A DNA stretch of 63,926 nt, counting the filler, from Octopus bimaculoides (lineage: Eukaryota), in the NCBI RefSeq assembly GCF_001194135.2. It is 4 parts of 3 records of this genome, joined end to end, with 100 filler letters (N's around TTAATTAATTAA, not from the genome) between each part and the next. Parts side by side here need not be neighbours in the genome. Positions count along the whole stretch, not along the records: positions 1 to 14,214 come from NC_068997.1; 3 more parts are not named here. One strand, given 5' to 3'. The notes beneath the pieces were generated by a model. That model was not told the DNA's origin. It made no database searches and saw only the letters and a list, made by a program, of their open reading frames with translations. Shown piece after piece: positions 1 to 12,168 of this stretch. Position 1 is the first letter of the stretch; each line of letters opens with the position of its first letter. The translations under genes were made by a program, and so were the position numbers.

Positions 1-90
1 CACACATACGTGTGCTGTGTGTATCCCCCCGTACTCACTCTCATGCGTGCGTGTATGTATATACATATGTATGCGCGCAGCCACACATAT

Positions 91-754
91 GCACCAGCTT
101 CCGTCTCCAGTGACGACCTTCGGAAAAATATCCGGATCAACTTCCAATTGTTCTTTAAGTTCACGACACGCATTCATTTGTGACTGCTTTTGATCTTCCC
201 TTGAGCAAGCAAGACACAAATTTTACTGCGACTCTTTTCATTTGCAATTCCACGCTCAAAATTTGTTGACAGGAGCTCCATTATACACCAGTCATATCAA
301 CAAGTTCCTCAATTGTTCGGTGACGCTCCTCAAGATCAGTTCATGAATTTTCATGATGTTTTCATTCGTTCGGGAGATCAACGGTCGCCCTGAACGAGAT
401 TGGTCTTCAAACGACAATTGACCATTCTTAAAGCGTGAAAGCCACTCGTAAACTTGTGTTTTGCTCATGGCAGCGTCCTTGTAAGCTGTTTGTAGCATGA
501 CAACTGTTTCGGCCGCCGTTTACCCCGGAAGAAAACAGAATTTTCGTTTTATCCATAACAAAACTCGATGAACAGGGGAAGAAGTACCGGAAAACAAATA
601 CGCACCACGTGATAGAACGACTCAATTCAACGATGCCGGTGGGTAGACTGATGCCTGAGGGTTGCATCAAGTGGATTCTAGCGGTGGAAGCTTGAACTAC
701 AACTGGTTTGTTCTACGGAGAACGCTTCCAGTTACTGTTGGGTACCTCCTCGTA
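91..754 (-). mobile_element. Mariner transposon 5' half (TIR end plus frameshifted transposase N-terminus up to first catalytic D)
   Basis: Minus-strand translation across frameshifts: MLQTAYKDAAMSKTQVYEWLSRFKNG..EDQSRSGRP, DMTGV*WSSCQQILSVELQMKRVAVKFV, NACRELKEQLEVDPDIFPKVVTGDGSWC. Left end reads TACGAGGAGGTACCC at 754. Truncated by CA/TA repeats near 90. Confidence 0.92.
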
Positions 755-1949
755 TAATAGGTGTGCATATGTGCGTGTGTATGTGCATACAGAAGTTAAT
801 GAACTTATTCTTGTCTTAGGTTTGCAAAAATATTTTTTTAAAATCCTCCACGATATGCTCTATAATAGCCATGAACCCTTACTGGCCGCATTGTTGTCAA
901 TAAAATCCTTTCATTCTTGTGAATAACCCGGAGTCAACATAGTCTCTTGGAGTACTCCCTTGATCAAATGGTGACAGTCAGAAATCGGTGATAGAAGGAA
1001 TAACGTCAATGCAATGGCTTAACTCTGAATTGAACTTTTATCGCAGGTATTCCACACTGCTTTCACTATCTTCGATCATTCTTAGCATAAATAAATGCTA
1101 AGAAACAATAAATAAATAAATAAACAAACAAACAAACATACTGCTCTCTAAGATGAAGTGATTTCTGTTGTCATCATTTGTTTGTGGGAAACTTTATGTA
1201 GTTGCATGCGAAATTAAAGGTGTCATATGAAAATATTATAAACAACAACAAAAGCCATAAATAAAACATTCAACGAACAACAATATAAACAAAATATGCA
1301 AAATGGGAGATCCTACTACAAACCATATTTACTCACCCGAGTTTAGGAAAAAGAATCGTTTGTTGGTCGAATAAATTATTACACTTCTTCATTAAGCCTA
1401 TACTCATTATTTATATACGTAGTTTTTCACTTTCGATGATTAATAACAAAACTGTTAAATTCGTTGATTCGTTCTTCGTGATTAACATGAGTCTTTTAAG
1501 AAATGTTTTTTCTTTATTTTTCTTTTAATGAAATTCGTCTTTAGTATGTGTTAATATGATGACATTTCACAGCGTTGAATGTGCCTGTGATTGATTCGAT
1601 GAGCAATATTTGTATATCATTAAACTATTTTGTATTGTTGTTGCTTATGGGGAACAGTGTGAAAATATTTAAATTACCTTTAAGCGTGAAGACCCAGTTT
1701 ACACAGAGACATGCTAAATCTGTTAAAACAGTAAATACCTCTGTTTGGTGTGAATATAAAAGCCATGTTGGTGTTTGCTTCCGTTGCCGTTCAATGTCTT
1801 TAAAATATTACAACCAGAAATTTTGTAGTTTTTCATTTCAAAGTAGAAAGAATCATTGCTGTTTAACTGTTTTCACATAATCATAACACAAGCTGTTTGC
1901 AAACTAATGTTGATGTTGCGAAGATAAAAAGGTATCACGGATCGACAGA

Positions 1950-2045
1950 ATTTGCAGAATGACAAACTGTTTTGCGAATTTTTGCTGTATGTACCGTTAC
2001 ATTCTGAGTTCAAATCTTGACAAACATCTACTTTGACTTCTATGG
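1950..2045 (+). mobile_element. Degenerate SINE-A 5' fragment
   Basis: Contains cgttacattctgagttcaaat B-box segment shared with intact copies at 8110-8329 and 28422-28727. Confidence 0.5.
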
Positions 2046-2696
2046 CGGAGGAGTACAATCTGCTCGACTGTAACAATCCTTTACTTTTGAGGCCTTGTGA
2101 ACATGTTAGAAATCAACAACAGAACACACAGCTTCGAGAACCAGCTTGAAATAAATTTATTTTGAGATAAATTTAGGTGAAACAAGTGAATTATTAGGTC
2201 TGTATTAAATGTGAAATATGTAACTTTATTAAAAGATAAAAATCTTGATATGATTATTAGTAAACGCTCAGCCATGAAATAAGAGTGGCCTTTATTCCCA
2301 GCTAAAAATTCGAAATACAAAGAAAGATAGTAATATGCTTTTCCTAACAAATTTACCAATTATTTGTAACACCTGTGTGACATACCTTTTAGCATGCAAA
2401 CATACGTACACACACACACAGTGAACACATTCATACATACGCACACCTAGACACACACATACACACATACGCGCACGGCAAATTACGAAGGTAATACCAT
2501 TAGTTTTCTACCTTGATGAATATGTCTTTATATGTTATCATAAATCCAAGAGTAAACACGTGGATTAATCATTATATGATAGTGACCAAGCTGTCTGTCA
2601 AATGCGTTTCCCCAACCCGTGCAGATGCAACTACCCCACCTAAATGCTGAGAAATTACGAATGCATGATTACATAGACCCCCAAATGCTCAACTGA

Positions 2697-2758
2697 TATT
2701 TATTTTATCAACCCCGAAAGGATGAAAGGCAAAGTTGACCTTGACAGAGTTTGAATAA
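2697..2758 (-). mobile_element. SINE-A internal fragment
   Basis: ttatcaaccccgaaaggatgaaaggcaaagttgacc matches the family core in reverse. Confidence 0.8.
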
Positions 2759-2787
2759 AAAAAGTGATTTTAATATTACCAAAAGAA

Positions 2788-2996
2788 TTATGGCATCGAG
2801 CTGGCCGAATCGTAACGCGCAGGACAAAATGCTTTACGGCATTTCGTCCATCTTTACATTCTGAGTTCAAATTTCGCCGAGGTCGACTTTGCCATCCATC
2901 CTTTCGTATACCAATTGACCATTGGCGTGGATGTAATCGACTCACTCCTACCCCCGAAATTGCGGGTTTAGAGCCAAAATTTTTAATCACTATTAC
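2788..2996 (+). mobile_element. SINE-A, near full length
   Basis: gagctggccgaatcgt head, ttctgagttcaaatttcgccgaggtcgactttgcc B-box/core, gccaaaattt tail. Confidence 0.85.
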
Positions 2997-5399
2997 CAAA
3001 AGAGTTGTGAACCAATATAATGCTTACTATATCTACTTTTGAATGTTTGTGACGAACAGGTGTTAGCAGTGCCATCTTTCTGGTATCTGAAAAGCTTTCT
3101 CTGAGAATGGCATCAATCACAATTAGATACAGGGGTGTATTTAACAGATATCGGCTACTTTCAGGAGACTTTGGCTCAGTGTCTTTCAGAATGAAAATCA
3201 TTCTTTCATAAATGTTACCGTATACCAAGCAACCAAACTCAACACAACCTTTATGTCTGTATAGCTTGGGTGACGTACAGTTGTCACATCAAGTTTATAG
3301 AAATCGTCCACATTAACTACATTCAGTGTATCTGAGAGTTACTTGGTGTGGGTAAGTGGCTCACGCAGAAATAGCGACAAAGATAAGCTGCAACAAAATT
3401 GTGACCATAATCATTTGGCTGATATTAAAGTGCTTGAGTTACGTGATGAGGATGCTCTCGTGTAGGCTTCCCCCATGCTGGCTACACCTCAAAGTGCTAT
3501 ATCATCGTCGTTGACACTTAGCTAGAAGGACGAAGAATCACGATAAGAATATGATAAGAGCGCGTTGAGTAAAAGCTTAGTCAACCCCGAGGATGTGAAG
3601 GTTTTTACCAACTTAATAAAAGACACTGTATCATTTAATTATAGATAGAAACAAAATACCGGACTGATATGAGTGGAACGTTTGGTTATATGCGTACATG
3701 GTCATGCCTGGATTAACACAACAAAACAACGAGACATCAGATTTATCATTCTCGACATCCACCGAAGGCAACCATCGAATGAACGGCTTTTCCATTTCCG
3801 TGTAATTAACAAATTAAGTCATGTGATCACTCATACTTGTTACTGAATAGTGTTCTTCTGCTTATCTAAATGTTTGACACTGCCAGTTAGTTAGGAAGTG
3901 GTTTCTGGCAGTAGTTGTTTGAGCCAGGATAACTGCTATCAACCAAATCTTTGATCCAGGCGTTTCTTTGTTGGCGTTTCCATTCTGATAATGTTTTATT
4001 TTAAATATATATTTTTAAGTTTTTAATTTTTTTTATTCATCGTATTTTATTCTAATTATTTTTTCACTTTCATATAGCCTAGAGCAATATCTATCTTCCC
4101 TTTCTTAACCTGTAGAAACGAAATTGATAGAGATTTGTTTGCTTTACATCGATCAGTAAAAAGCATTCTTTTTGGCTTTCTTTTTGTCTGTCAAGAGCCG
4201 GTTTGCTTTCAAGCTATTGTGAGGACTACTATATTTGGATTAGTCAGCTTGCAATTTGTTGTAGTTATCATAATGTTATGTTGATGTATGATTGATAGAG
4301 TAACAATCCAACGCGGGGTATGAATTACATCCTTATTACTCATTCTCTCTGGGGAGTTAGGCCACAGATGTCTTCTCAATAGCTTGGGGCGTATGTCTAG
4401 CCAATAAGTTTCGTTGTTTTACGACAATACAGAAGAGTTTGTTTACATGTTTCCAACCTGCTAACATAAGGTATTGGAAGGCTACTTATTAAATACGCGA
4501 AGAAAGAAGTTGTATCAAACACAGTTCATTTGCATATTAAACGAAAAGTGGCATACTAGCCAAGTACCAGTCATATACAAAGAAAATCTTTTTTCTGCTA
4601 TGCCTCTCATAAATTAAGTCATCCTGTACCAAGAATAGAAATCAATTTCACATATTACTAAATCAATATAAGGCTATATACAAATTTAAATTCTTTTATT
4701 ATAAGAAATATACTAGAAATGTAGAAGAACAAGTGTACATAATTATCTGAAGCACCCAGACTATTAGTATGTAAATCAATGAAGATAAAACACCAGATTC
4801 AACGCCACTGTGTCTCGTTGTGTTCAGGATACTTGAGAGGACTGACCTTATAAATACTAAACGATCAGGACTTGAACTCACTGAGTAGCACCCAAAGCAA
4901 GTATATTTTACTCTAGTATCTTGTCGATCAAAGCCTCGTAAATAATTCTGCTTAGACGGAAACTGCATCGAGATCCAATGGAATGGTTGTACTCGTATTT
5001 AAATAGGCCATCTTCTCTCACATGCTGTGATACTGAATTTTCCTGAGAAGTATGTTTGATGTACGAATATTTGTGCAATACTCTGACACCTAAGTTATAT
5101 TAGAGACTCCGTTTATTAAAATGTAAAATGTTATCCTTGACAGAGATTAAACTGTCTATGATGATCTATAAATCACATCCTGGCGTTATTATCAATGAAC
5201 CCAGACCCATTAGTCAATATGTTATTTAATTCAGTTGTAATACATCTAGCCTAGATTAATGATGTATACATCCGTATATGTATGTCATGTCTTATGACTA
5301 TGGTTCAACTAGATAGTTACATAAGCTGCATAAGAGTATTCAGTTCACGTGGGCTGATCATATTTTGATCAATATGATTATATGTAATTTCGCTTAATT

Positions 5400-5471
5400 C
5401 TGACGATCGTTTAGTTGCTATGACTCCACGGTATGGGCATGGTAAACTAGGCTCAAATCCTAGACACGGCA
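5400..5471 (+). pseudogene. Degenerate tRNA-His-like relic
   Basis: 5405-5471 aligns without gaps to the metazoan tRNA-His(GTG) sequence as recalled (47/67 by manual count), ending GGCTCAAATCCTAGACACGGCA. Anticodon position reads ATG; acceptor and T-loop are damaged. Confidence 0.6.
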
Positions 5472-5498
5472 GCCTCCCACAAATTTCACAGGCGCATG

Positions 5499-5600
5499 GC
5501 TATATGGTAAAAAGTTAGCTTTTCAACCATATGGTTCCGGGTTCAGTCCAATGGTGTGATACTTTGGGAAAGTAATTTCTACTATAGCCTTGGGTCTTTT
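5499..5600 (+). mobile_element. SINE-B 5' fragment (tRNA head plus CORE-like segment)
   Basis: ggcgcatggctatatggtaaaaagttagc..ggttccgggttcagtcc..ttctactatagccttggg matches the head of 30842-31258. Confidence 0.75.
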
Positions 5601-6837
5601 CAGAAATCACCAACATGATATAACCTAGTTTTCTTATATGTTGAAAAGAACTTATTAAACTACAATTATAGTTTTGTAACCATCATAGAAATAATATGGC
5701 TACGGGTAGACTGTAATACCAAAGTAATAAATATTACATAAAATAAAGGAGTAAACGTCTACGAAGTCGCTCGATTTGCTAGAATTAGCTGCCAATTTTC
5801 CCTCAAGTCACATCCTAATAATTTTATAAAAGACACAGTGGATTATGTAGTCCTAGATACAGAATAAAAAGACTGATGGATCAAGATTCGAATGTATTTG
5901 AGTACGGATCATGTTATGTCTCAAAGCTACTGCTATCTAACACCTTCCGATGATCTCTACTCAACCGCTACACAGCTGCTACTCGACTGCTACTCAACAT
6001 TCCTACCACGGCCAGACTACCTCTATTTATATGTCTTGGGAGATCCTACTTCTTCGCCTGGGGTGGGGGTCGACACAACAGATCACTATGGTTAGGGCCG
6101 ATCAATGTTCAAACAACAACAAATAACATACCTTCGCAGATTCTCAATGGATAGTTAGTCAACATTTAAATCATACATTAAACTATGGATTTTTTTTTAC
6201 TTTAAGATTCAGAAATATAAGCTACATGAAATATTCTCACAAACCCACGCTTAGAGGTAATTATATACATCGAATCCCCGAAAACTCTATTCTTGTACTT
6301 AAATATAATTTCTTTTCAAACGTATAGTATTATTTTCGGAAAATCTGGTCACTAAATGAATAAATATTGCATCAACAAATGTAACATCAACAAATGTAAT
6401 GTCAACAAATTTTATTCTCTTGACATAAAATTTAAAAAAATATAAGTCAAACCTGTAGATACTTAGAGTACCAGATTCAGAAATAAAGTATATATAAACA
6501 TATCATCATAATCAGTTTTCTGCCCACAGGCAAGTCTTTTGTATCTTCATTTAGCACAGAGTGATTGTGTATCTTACTTGCATGGCAAATATGGCACTTG
6601 GTTTTCTCTTTTTCTTGTTAACAACTTCAGTTACCTTGTTTTGTTTCTCTTTCACAGTTGATGCATTTCAAATGTGTTACTTGTCAGAACTATATTTATG
6701 TGAGTTGACAATAACGTTCACACAGATTATGACTTTTACTTACACAAAACACATAATCCTTCTCACTTGAAAATATAAACACATATTTACATCATTACTA
6801 CATATATATGAATACTTTCAGTTAGCATACATAGCTC

Positions 6838-7262
6838 CCTCCCTCTCTCTCATCTCTCTCTTTCTCTTATCTTCCTCTTCCTTCCACTTATCTTTCTCTC
6901 TCTTTCTCTTATCTTTCTCTCTCTTTCTCTTATTATCTTTCTCTCTCTCTCTCTCTCTCTCTGTTTAACTGTATGCTAGAATACACACACACACACACAT
7001 ACATACTCATTAAAAGTTAAGTATAAATATTTATACACGCACACATAACTACACACACGCACATATCCACACACTTTCTATTTTGTACTAAACTACTTTT
7101 TCAAGCTACATAAATATTTTTACTGACTATTTGAAGAGATTGAAGTGATCGAAACATTTACAAATATTTAAACTTATATTTCCATACATACATGCATACA
7201 TACATAAAGACACATACAACAATCACGCACACATGTATGCATAAATACATTCATACATACAC

Positions 7263-7315
<53 letters not shown>
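6838..7315. repeat. Compound (CT)n/(CA)n/(ATAC)n/(TA)n microsatellites
   Basis: Directly visible; ends at an N-gap. Confidence 0.9.
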
Positions 7316-7554
7316 NNNNNNNNNNTAGCTGATGAAGTAGAATGTTCTCTATGTGGCCTGTGTGTTTTCTCGTCTCTGTTTTGTTTGCAATGTCCTGTAC
7401 CCAGATATGCACCTATACATACAGGTGGATGTCGGTATGCACATACCTGTACGTATATATGCATATACTCATTTACTATTTGTTTATATATATATATATA
7501 AATATATATAGTTAAAAAAAAACAATAACAAAAACACACAAAAACACAACAAAG

Positions 7555-7710
7555 TGAGGACGTGATATGGATAGTATTATTGGACGCTCAGGAAAGGAAA
7601 GAGAGAGTGTATGACGTTTCGGGCGTAGCCCTTCGTCGGAAAGATGGAAAGTTCGGAGAATGGAAGAACGGAGAAAGAGGAAAATGGTACCGATGCCCAC
7701 GAGGTTACAT
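7555..7710 (-). mobile_element. Penelope-like repeat fragment carrying a hammerhead-like motif
   Basis: Homologous to 63049-63202. Minus strand 7609-7643 reads CTTT CCGACGA A GGGC TAC GCCC GAAAC GTC. Confidence 0.65.
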
Positions 7711-8109
7711 TATATATATATATATATACACATACACACAATACATACATGTGTACATGCATACACTTACCCGTAAAAACACAGAAATGTATAAATGTAT
7801 ACACACACACGCACACGCACACACGCATACACACACACATATATATATATGTATATATGCACACATATTATATACATTATATATGAATGTGTATATATGT
7901 TTGCGTGAGTGACCGTCTGTTCATGTGTTTTTGTGTTTGAATGTGTGTCTGTGTTTTTCTGCATAGCTACCGATCTCCATACACGCACAGACCACGCATG
8001 CGCACACGCACACATATATATCATTTAGCTACTAGGCAGAAACATCAGAAATTTGACATGTTTGCATAATACGAGACTTAGGTCCAGATGAACACATCTC
8101 CAATAGCCT

Positions 8110-8329
8110 TTTGTTCTCTAAGTACAAGGCCCGAAATTTTTGGGGAGGTGGAGGCCAGTCATTTAAATCGACCGCAGTACGCAACTGGTACTTAATTTAT
8201 CCACCACGACTCGAAAGGATGAAAGGCAAAGTCGACCTCGGCGGAATTTGAACTCAGAACGTAAAGACAGACGAAATATTGCTAAGCATTTCGCCCGGCG
8301 TGATAACGTTTCTGCCAGCTCGCCGCCTT
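8110..8329 (-). mobile_element. SINE-A, full length
   Basis: Reverse complement begins aaggcggcgagctggcagaaacgtt (A box), has gttctgagttcaaattcc (B box), ends gggccttgtacttagag. Confidence 0.95.
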
Positions 8330-8409
8330 ACACATTTCCAATATTTAAAAAAAACAAAAACATGTCAATGTCTTCGACAAAATAAAGCTGGAAAAACGTA
8401 TAACTACAA

Positions 8410-8575
8410 TTTCTTTATTTAGGTACAAGGCCATCAATTTTGAGGGTGCGAGGTTAGTTGATATCATCAAATTGATCGATACTTTATTTACCCTAGAAGG
8501 ATAAAAGCGAAAAATGACAGGGACCAGATTTGAACTTAGATCACAAAGAGTAAGAATGAACACTGCAAAGCACTT
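8410..8575 (-). mobile_element. Degenerate SINE-A
   Basis: ggtacaaggcc tail, gaaggataaaag core, atttgaacttaga B box. Confidence 0.55.
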
Positions 8576-8828
8576 TTTTTTTTCCGATGCACTCATTATA
8601 CTGGTAACTTAATCCTATATGGAACCCTTAATCTATCTAGGATTAACACATCACTGTTTCCCTCACGCAGTTTAGTACTATAACGGACCACTCCAGCAAA
8701 ATCAAGGAAAGGATTCCAATTTTATCCCAATCTGGTTATACAGTTACCAAGTCTGCACTTTCTTCTCGGACACATTATTTCTGTTACTAAGCAAGGGAGC
8801 AAAATCCATTCCCTAGCAAGACACAGGG

Positions 8829-8925
8829 ATATTATATCATATTATATCATATTATATATTATATTATATTACATCATATTATGTATTATATTATATTGCA
8901 TTACATTATATTGTATTGTATTGTA
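8829..8925. repeat. Degenerate ATATT/ATTGT pentanucleotide repeat
   Basis: atattatatcatattatatcatatt...attgtattgtattgta. Confidence 0.8.
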
Positions 8926-9169
8926 CTTAGCCCTTCTCAGGGCCGCAGCACACGTCACTGCAGTGCTAGAAACCAGAGAAACCAATCCCGCCTAAGGCAT
9001 ACTAAAACGGACAGCAGGTGGACATCCGGGAGTCATGACTCGGATGTGGCCCCACTCCCCTAGACTGTCACGAGTTAAGGGCCGAAACTCTTGCCTAAAG
9101 GGGGTTTCTCCTCTGAGGACCACCTGCTGTTACGCTCTCCCCGAGTTTCTTTCCACTTATATCATATTA

Positions 9170-9709
9170 TACTAGTAATGCATCCCAGCGTTGCCCGGCT
9201 GTTATGACATTGTATTGTTTGTCCTTTCTTATGGGCAGAGTCGGCACAGCTGATATACCGTGAACTGGATTACTGGCGTAATGGAATGATTTTAGTTGAA
9301 GAGGAGAAATGAGAGAGGATGGGGAGGTCGTGAGGGAGGTGGGATGTGGTGGACAAAGAGGAATTTGCAAAGGTAATCATGAGAAGTAATATTAGGGTGG
9401 TATTTATGGAAGGGGTAAAAAGTGGTGATCCCAAGACGAAAGTGCGTTTGTGTGAGAGAATACTGGTGATCTTAACGTATGCATGTGTGCATGTAGGTGT
9501 GAAAGTGTGAAAATATGGGGATGGGAAATGGCCAGTGCTAGTGTGTGCGTGGTGGTGTTATGAAGTGATGTGTTGCGTGGTGTGATGAGAGGGTGTTGGG
9601 AGGTGGGGGAGGTGATAGTGGGGAAAACATGTGTGGAGTGTGGGTTAGGCTGAGGGTGGGTTTAGAGGTTGGGGTATGTGGGTAGGCAGAGGTTGGGTGT
9701 GGTGTAAGG
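9170..9709 (+). mobile_element. Possible non-autonomous Helitron-like element 5' part
   Basis: Starts TACTAG..CCCAGCGTTGCCCGG, resembling invertebrate Helitron/Helentron 5' ends, followed by GT-rich repeats. The 3' end is lost in the gap. Confidence 0.4.
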
Positions 9710-10415
9710 NNNNNNNNNNNNNNNNNNNNNNNNNNNNNNNNNNNNNNNNNNNNNNNNNNNNNNNNNNNNNNNNNNNNNNNNNNNNNNNNNNNNNNNNNNN
9801 NNNNNNNNNNNNNNNNNNNNNNNNNNNNNNNNNNNNNNNNNNNNNNNNNNNNNNNNNNNNNNNNNNNNNNNNNNNNNNNNNNNNNNNNNNNNNNNNNNNN
9901 NNNNNNNNNNNNNNNNNNNNNNNNNNNNNNNNNNNNNNNNNNNNNNNNNNNNNNNNNNNNNNNNNNNNNNNNNNNNNNNNNNNNNNNNNNNNNNNNNNNN
10001 NNNNNNNNNNNNNNNNNNNNNNNNNNNNNNNNNNNNNNNNNNNNNNNNNNNNNNNNNNNNNNNNNNNNNNNNNNNNNNNNNNNNNNNNNNNNNNNNNNNN
10101 NNNNNNNNNNNNNNNNNNNNNNNNNNNNNNNNNNNNNNNNNNNNNNNNNNNNNNNNNNNNNNNNNNNNNNNNNNNNNNNNNNNNNNNNNNNNNNNNNNNN
10201 NNNNNNNNNNNNNNNNNNNNNNNNNNNNNNNNNNNNNNNNNNNNNNNNNNNNNNNNNNNNNNNNNNNNNNNNNNNNNNNNNNNNNNNNNNNNNNNNNNNN
10301 NNNNNNNNNNNNNNNNNNNNNNNNNNNNNNNNNNNNNNNNNNNNNNNNNNNNNNNNNNNNNNNNNNNNNNNNNNNNNNNNNNNNNNNNNNNNNNNNNNNN
10401 NNNNNNNNNNNNNNG

Positions 10416-10910
10416 GAAATCCACCGGTCTAATAGTTTCCCTTCATGGCAGAATTAATAGTCAAAACTATTTAAGCATTTTATCTGATCAAATTCACCCT
10501 ATGGTTGCGGAACTGTTTCCCGAGGGAAACGCAATCTTTCAGGATGATAATGCACCAATTCACACAGCTAAAGTTGTTACTGAATGGCACGAGGAACATT
10601 CTAGTGAAGTTGATCATCTTATCTGGCCAACACAGTCCCCAGATCTCAATATTATTGAGATTTGAGGACTCTGGTCGCATTTTAGAAAAACAAGTAAGGA
10701 GTCGATATCCTCCACCATCATCACTCCAAGAACTGGAGTCTGTTTTAGCTGAAGAATGAATAAAAATTCCTTTGGAAACAATTCAAACGTTGTACGAGTC
10801 CATACCTCGTACAATTCAAGCTGTAATTACCGCCAAAGGTGGTCCTAACCCATATTAAAATGAATTTGTTTGAAATTTTAAGGTGTTTCCATTATTTTGT
10901 CCAACCACTG
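10416..10910 (+). mobile_element. Tc1-like transposon 3' half with right TIR; DD36E spacing; frameshift and nonsense codon
   Basis: IFQDDNAPIHTAKVV..WPTQSPDLNIIE, then shifted frame ILEKQVRSRYPPPSSLQELESVLAEE*IKIPLETIQTLYESIPRTIQAVITAKGGPNPY* (stop 10856-10858). TIR GGTGTTTCCATTATTTTGTCCAACCACTG ends at 10910, followed by TA. Confidence 0.95.
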
Positions 10911-10972
10911 TATGTAGAAGGTAGAAAAGTAACACACGAGTTGCGAGTTGATATGTATAATGATAATAAGAT

Positions 10973-11051
10973 AAGGTAGAAAATTCTAAAATAATTTGAT
11001 CATGAAGTACATTTTAGTATCGGTTTCCATCTTTTAGACTTTTTCAACTAA
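10973..11051 (-). ncRNA. Decayed hammerhead-like motif in short repeat
   Basis: Minus 11014-11051: TTAG TTGAAAA A GTCT AAA AGAT G GAAAC CG ATA CTAA. Stem I TTAG/CTAA is intact; core and triplet are mutated. Confidence 0.55.
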
Positions 11052-11555
11052 GAGTAAAATAAGAAAAACAATTGCTGAGGGTGTTGAGAACAATATATTG
11101 GTCAAACTAAATACAGTCTACGCCCGGGGAAGACGGAACATAGATTTTAGATTAAAATGCAAGGAAACAGAAAAATAGTATTAAGCGAGCACATCGTTAT
11201 TTGCGCTACTAACGAACAACCCAACCTTAAAATTTCCCTCTTTATAAATTCAGGGACTATGCAACCTATAATCAGAGCATTAGCAAAGAAGCATATTTTA
11301 TCGCAAAATATAAACTTATTTTGAATGCAGCCACCACTACAGATGAAAATACTACAAGCATTTAGAATAATTCAAACCACTACTGCTACAGCCACAACAG
11401 GTCACTTTCATGACATTTGACCATTAAAGAAGATTCCACAAACAATTTACTGTGGCACAGCACTCCTGTATTTTTCTTTTCTTTACTTTTCTTTCTTTTT
11501 TCTTCTCTGTCTTCTTTCCTTACCCTACTTCTATTCCTCCTTCATCTTCTCCTTC

Positions 11556-11655
11556 TCTTCTTCTTCTTCTTCTTCTTCTTCTTCTTCTTCTTCTTCTTCT
11601 TCTTCTTCTTCTTCTTCTTCTTCTTCTTCTTCTTCTTCTTCTTCTTCTTCTTCTT
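11556..11655. repeat. (CTT)n microsatellite
   Basis: Directly visible; runs into a gap. Confidence 0.97.
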
Positions 11656-11893
11656 NNNNNNNNNNNNNNNNNNNNNNNNNNNNNNNNNNNNNNNNNNNNN
11701 NNNNNNNNNNNNNNNNNNNNNNNNNNNNNNNNNNNNNNNNNNNNNNNNNNNNNNNNNNNNNNNNNNNNNNNNNNNNNNNNNNNNNNNNNNNNNNNNNNNN
11801 NNNNNNNNNNNNNNNNNNNNNNNNNNNNNNNNNNNNNNNNNNNNNNNNNNNNNNNNNNNNNNNNNNNNNNNNNNNNNNNNNNNNNNNNNNNNN

Positions 11894-11950
11894 CGGAAAC
11901 CGGTACTAAAATGTATTTCATGATAAAATTATTTTAACATTTTCTACCTT
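11894..11950 (+). ncRNA. 3' half of hammerhead-like motif; inverted homolog of 10973-11028
   Basis: GGAAAC CG GTA CTAA directly after the gap; 5 mismatches in 56 bp versus the reverse complement of 10973-11028. Confidence 0.55.
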
Positions 11951-12009
11951 GGATTATTTTCCTTCTATGTATATATATATATAGCTGAAATTTATCGAAA
12001 AACATAAGA

Positions 12010-12125
12010 CGAAATCAGGTGTATACGCAACAAGCAAGTGTAATAGTTTGAGGCTCGGGAAAGTGAGAAAGTCTTTTACGTTTCGAGCCTCAGAAAGGAG
12101 CACGATGAAATAAACAGAGAGAGAA
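12010..12125 (-). mobile_element. Penelope-like repeat fragment with internally deleted hammerhead motif
   Basis: Minus 12073-12097: CTTT CTG AG GCTC GAAAC GTA AAAG. Stem I and GAAAC-GTA are retained; most of the core and 5' stem II are missing. Confidence 0.5.
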
Positions 12126-12130
12126 TAAAA

Positions 12131-12168
<38 letters not shown>

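Noticed and set aside
9084-9119. GAAAC followed by CTGAGGA (type-II hammerhead order)
   Set aside because: No stem I hairpin and no G-C pair closing stem II.
9645-10424. Long ORFs containing X runs (also 11417-11937, 12867-13424, 18700-19158, 29290-30018, 56987-57727)
   Set aside because: Open only because N bases cannot form stops; only the Tc1 part after 10416 is real coding sequence.
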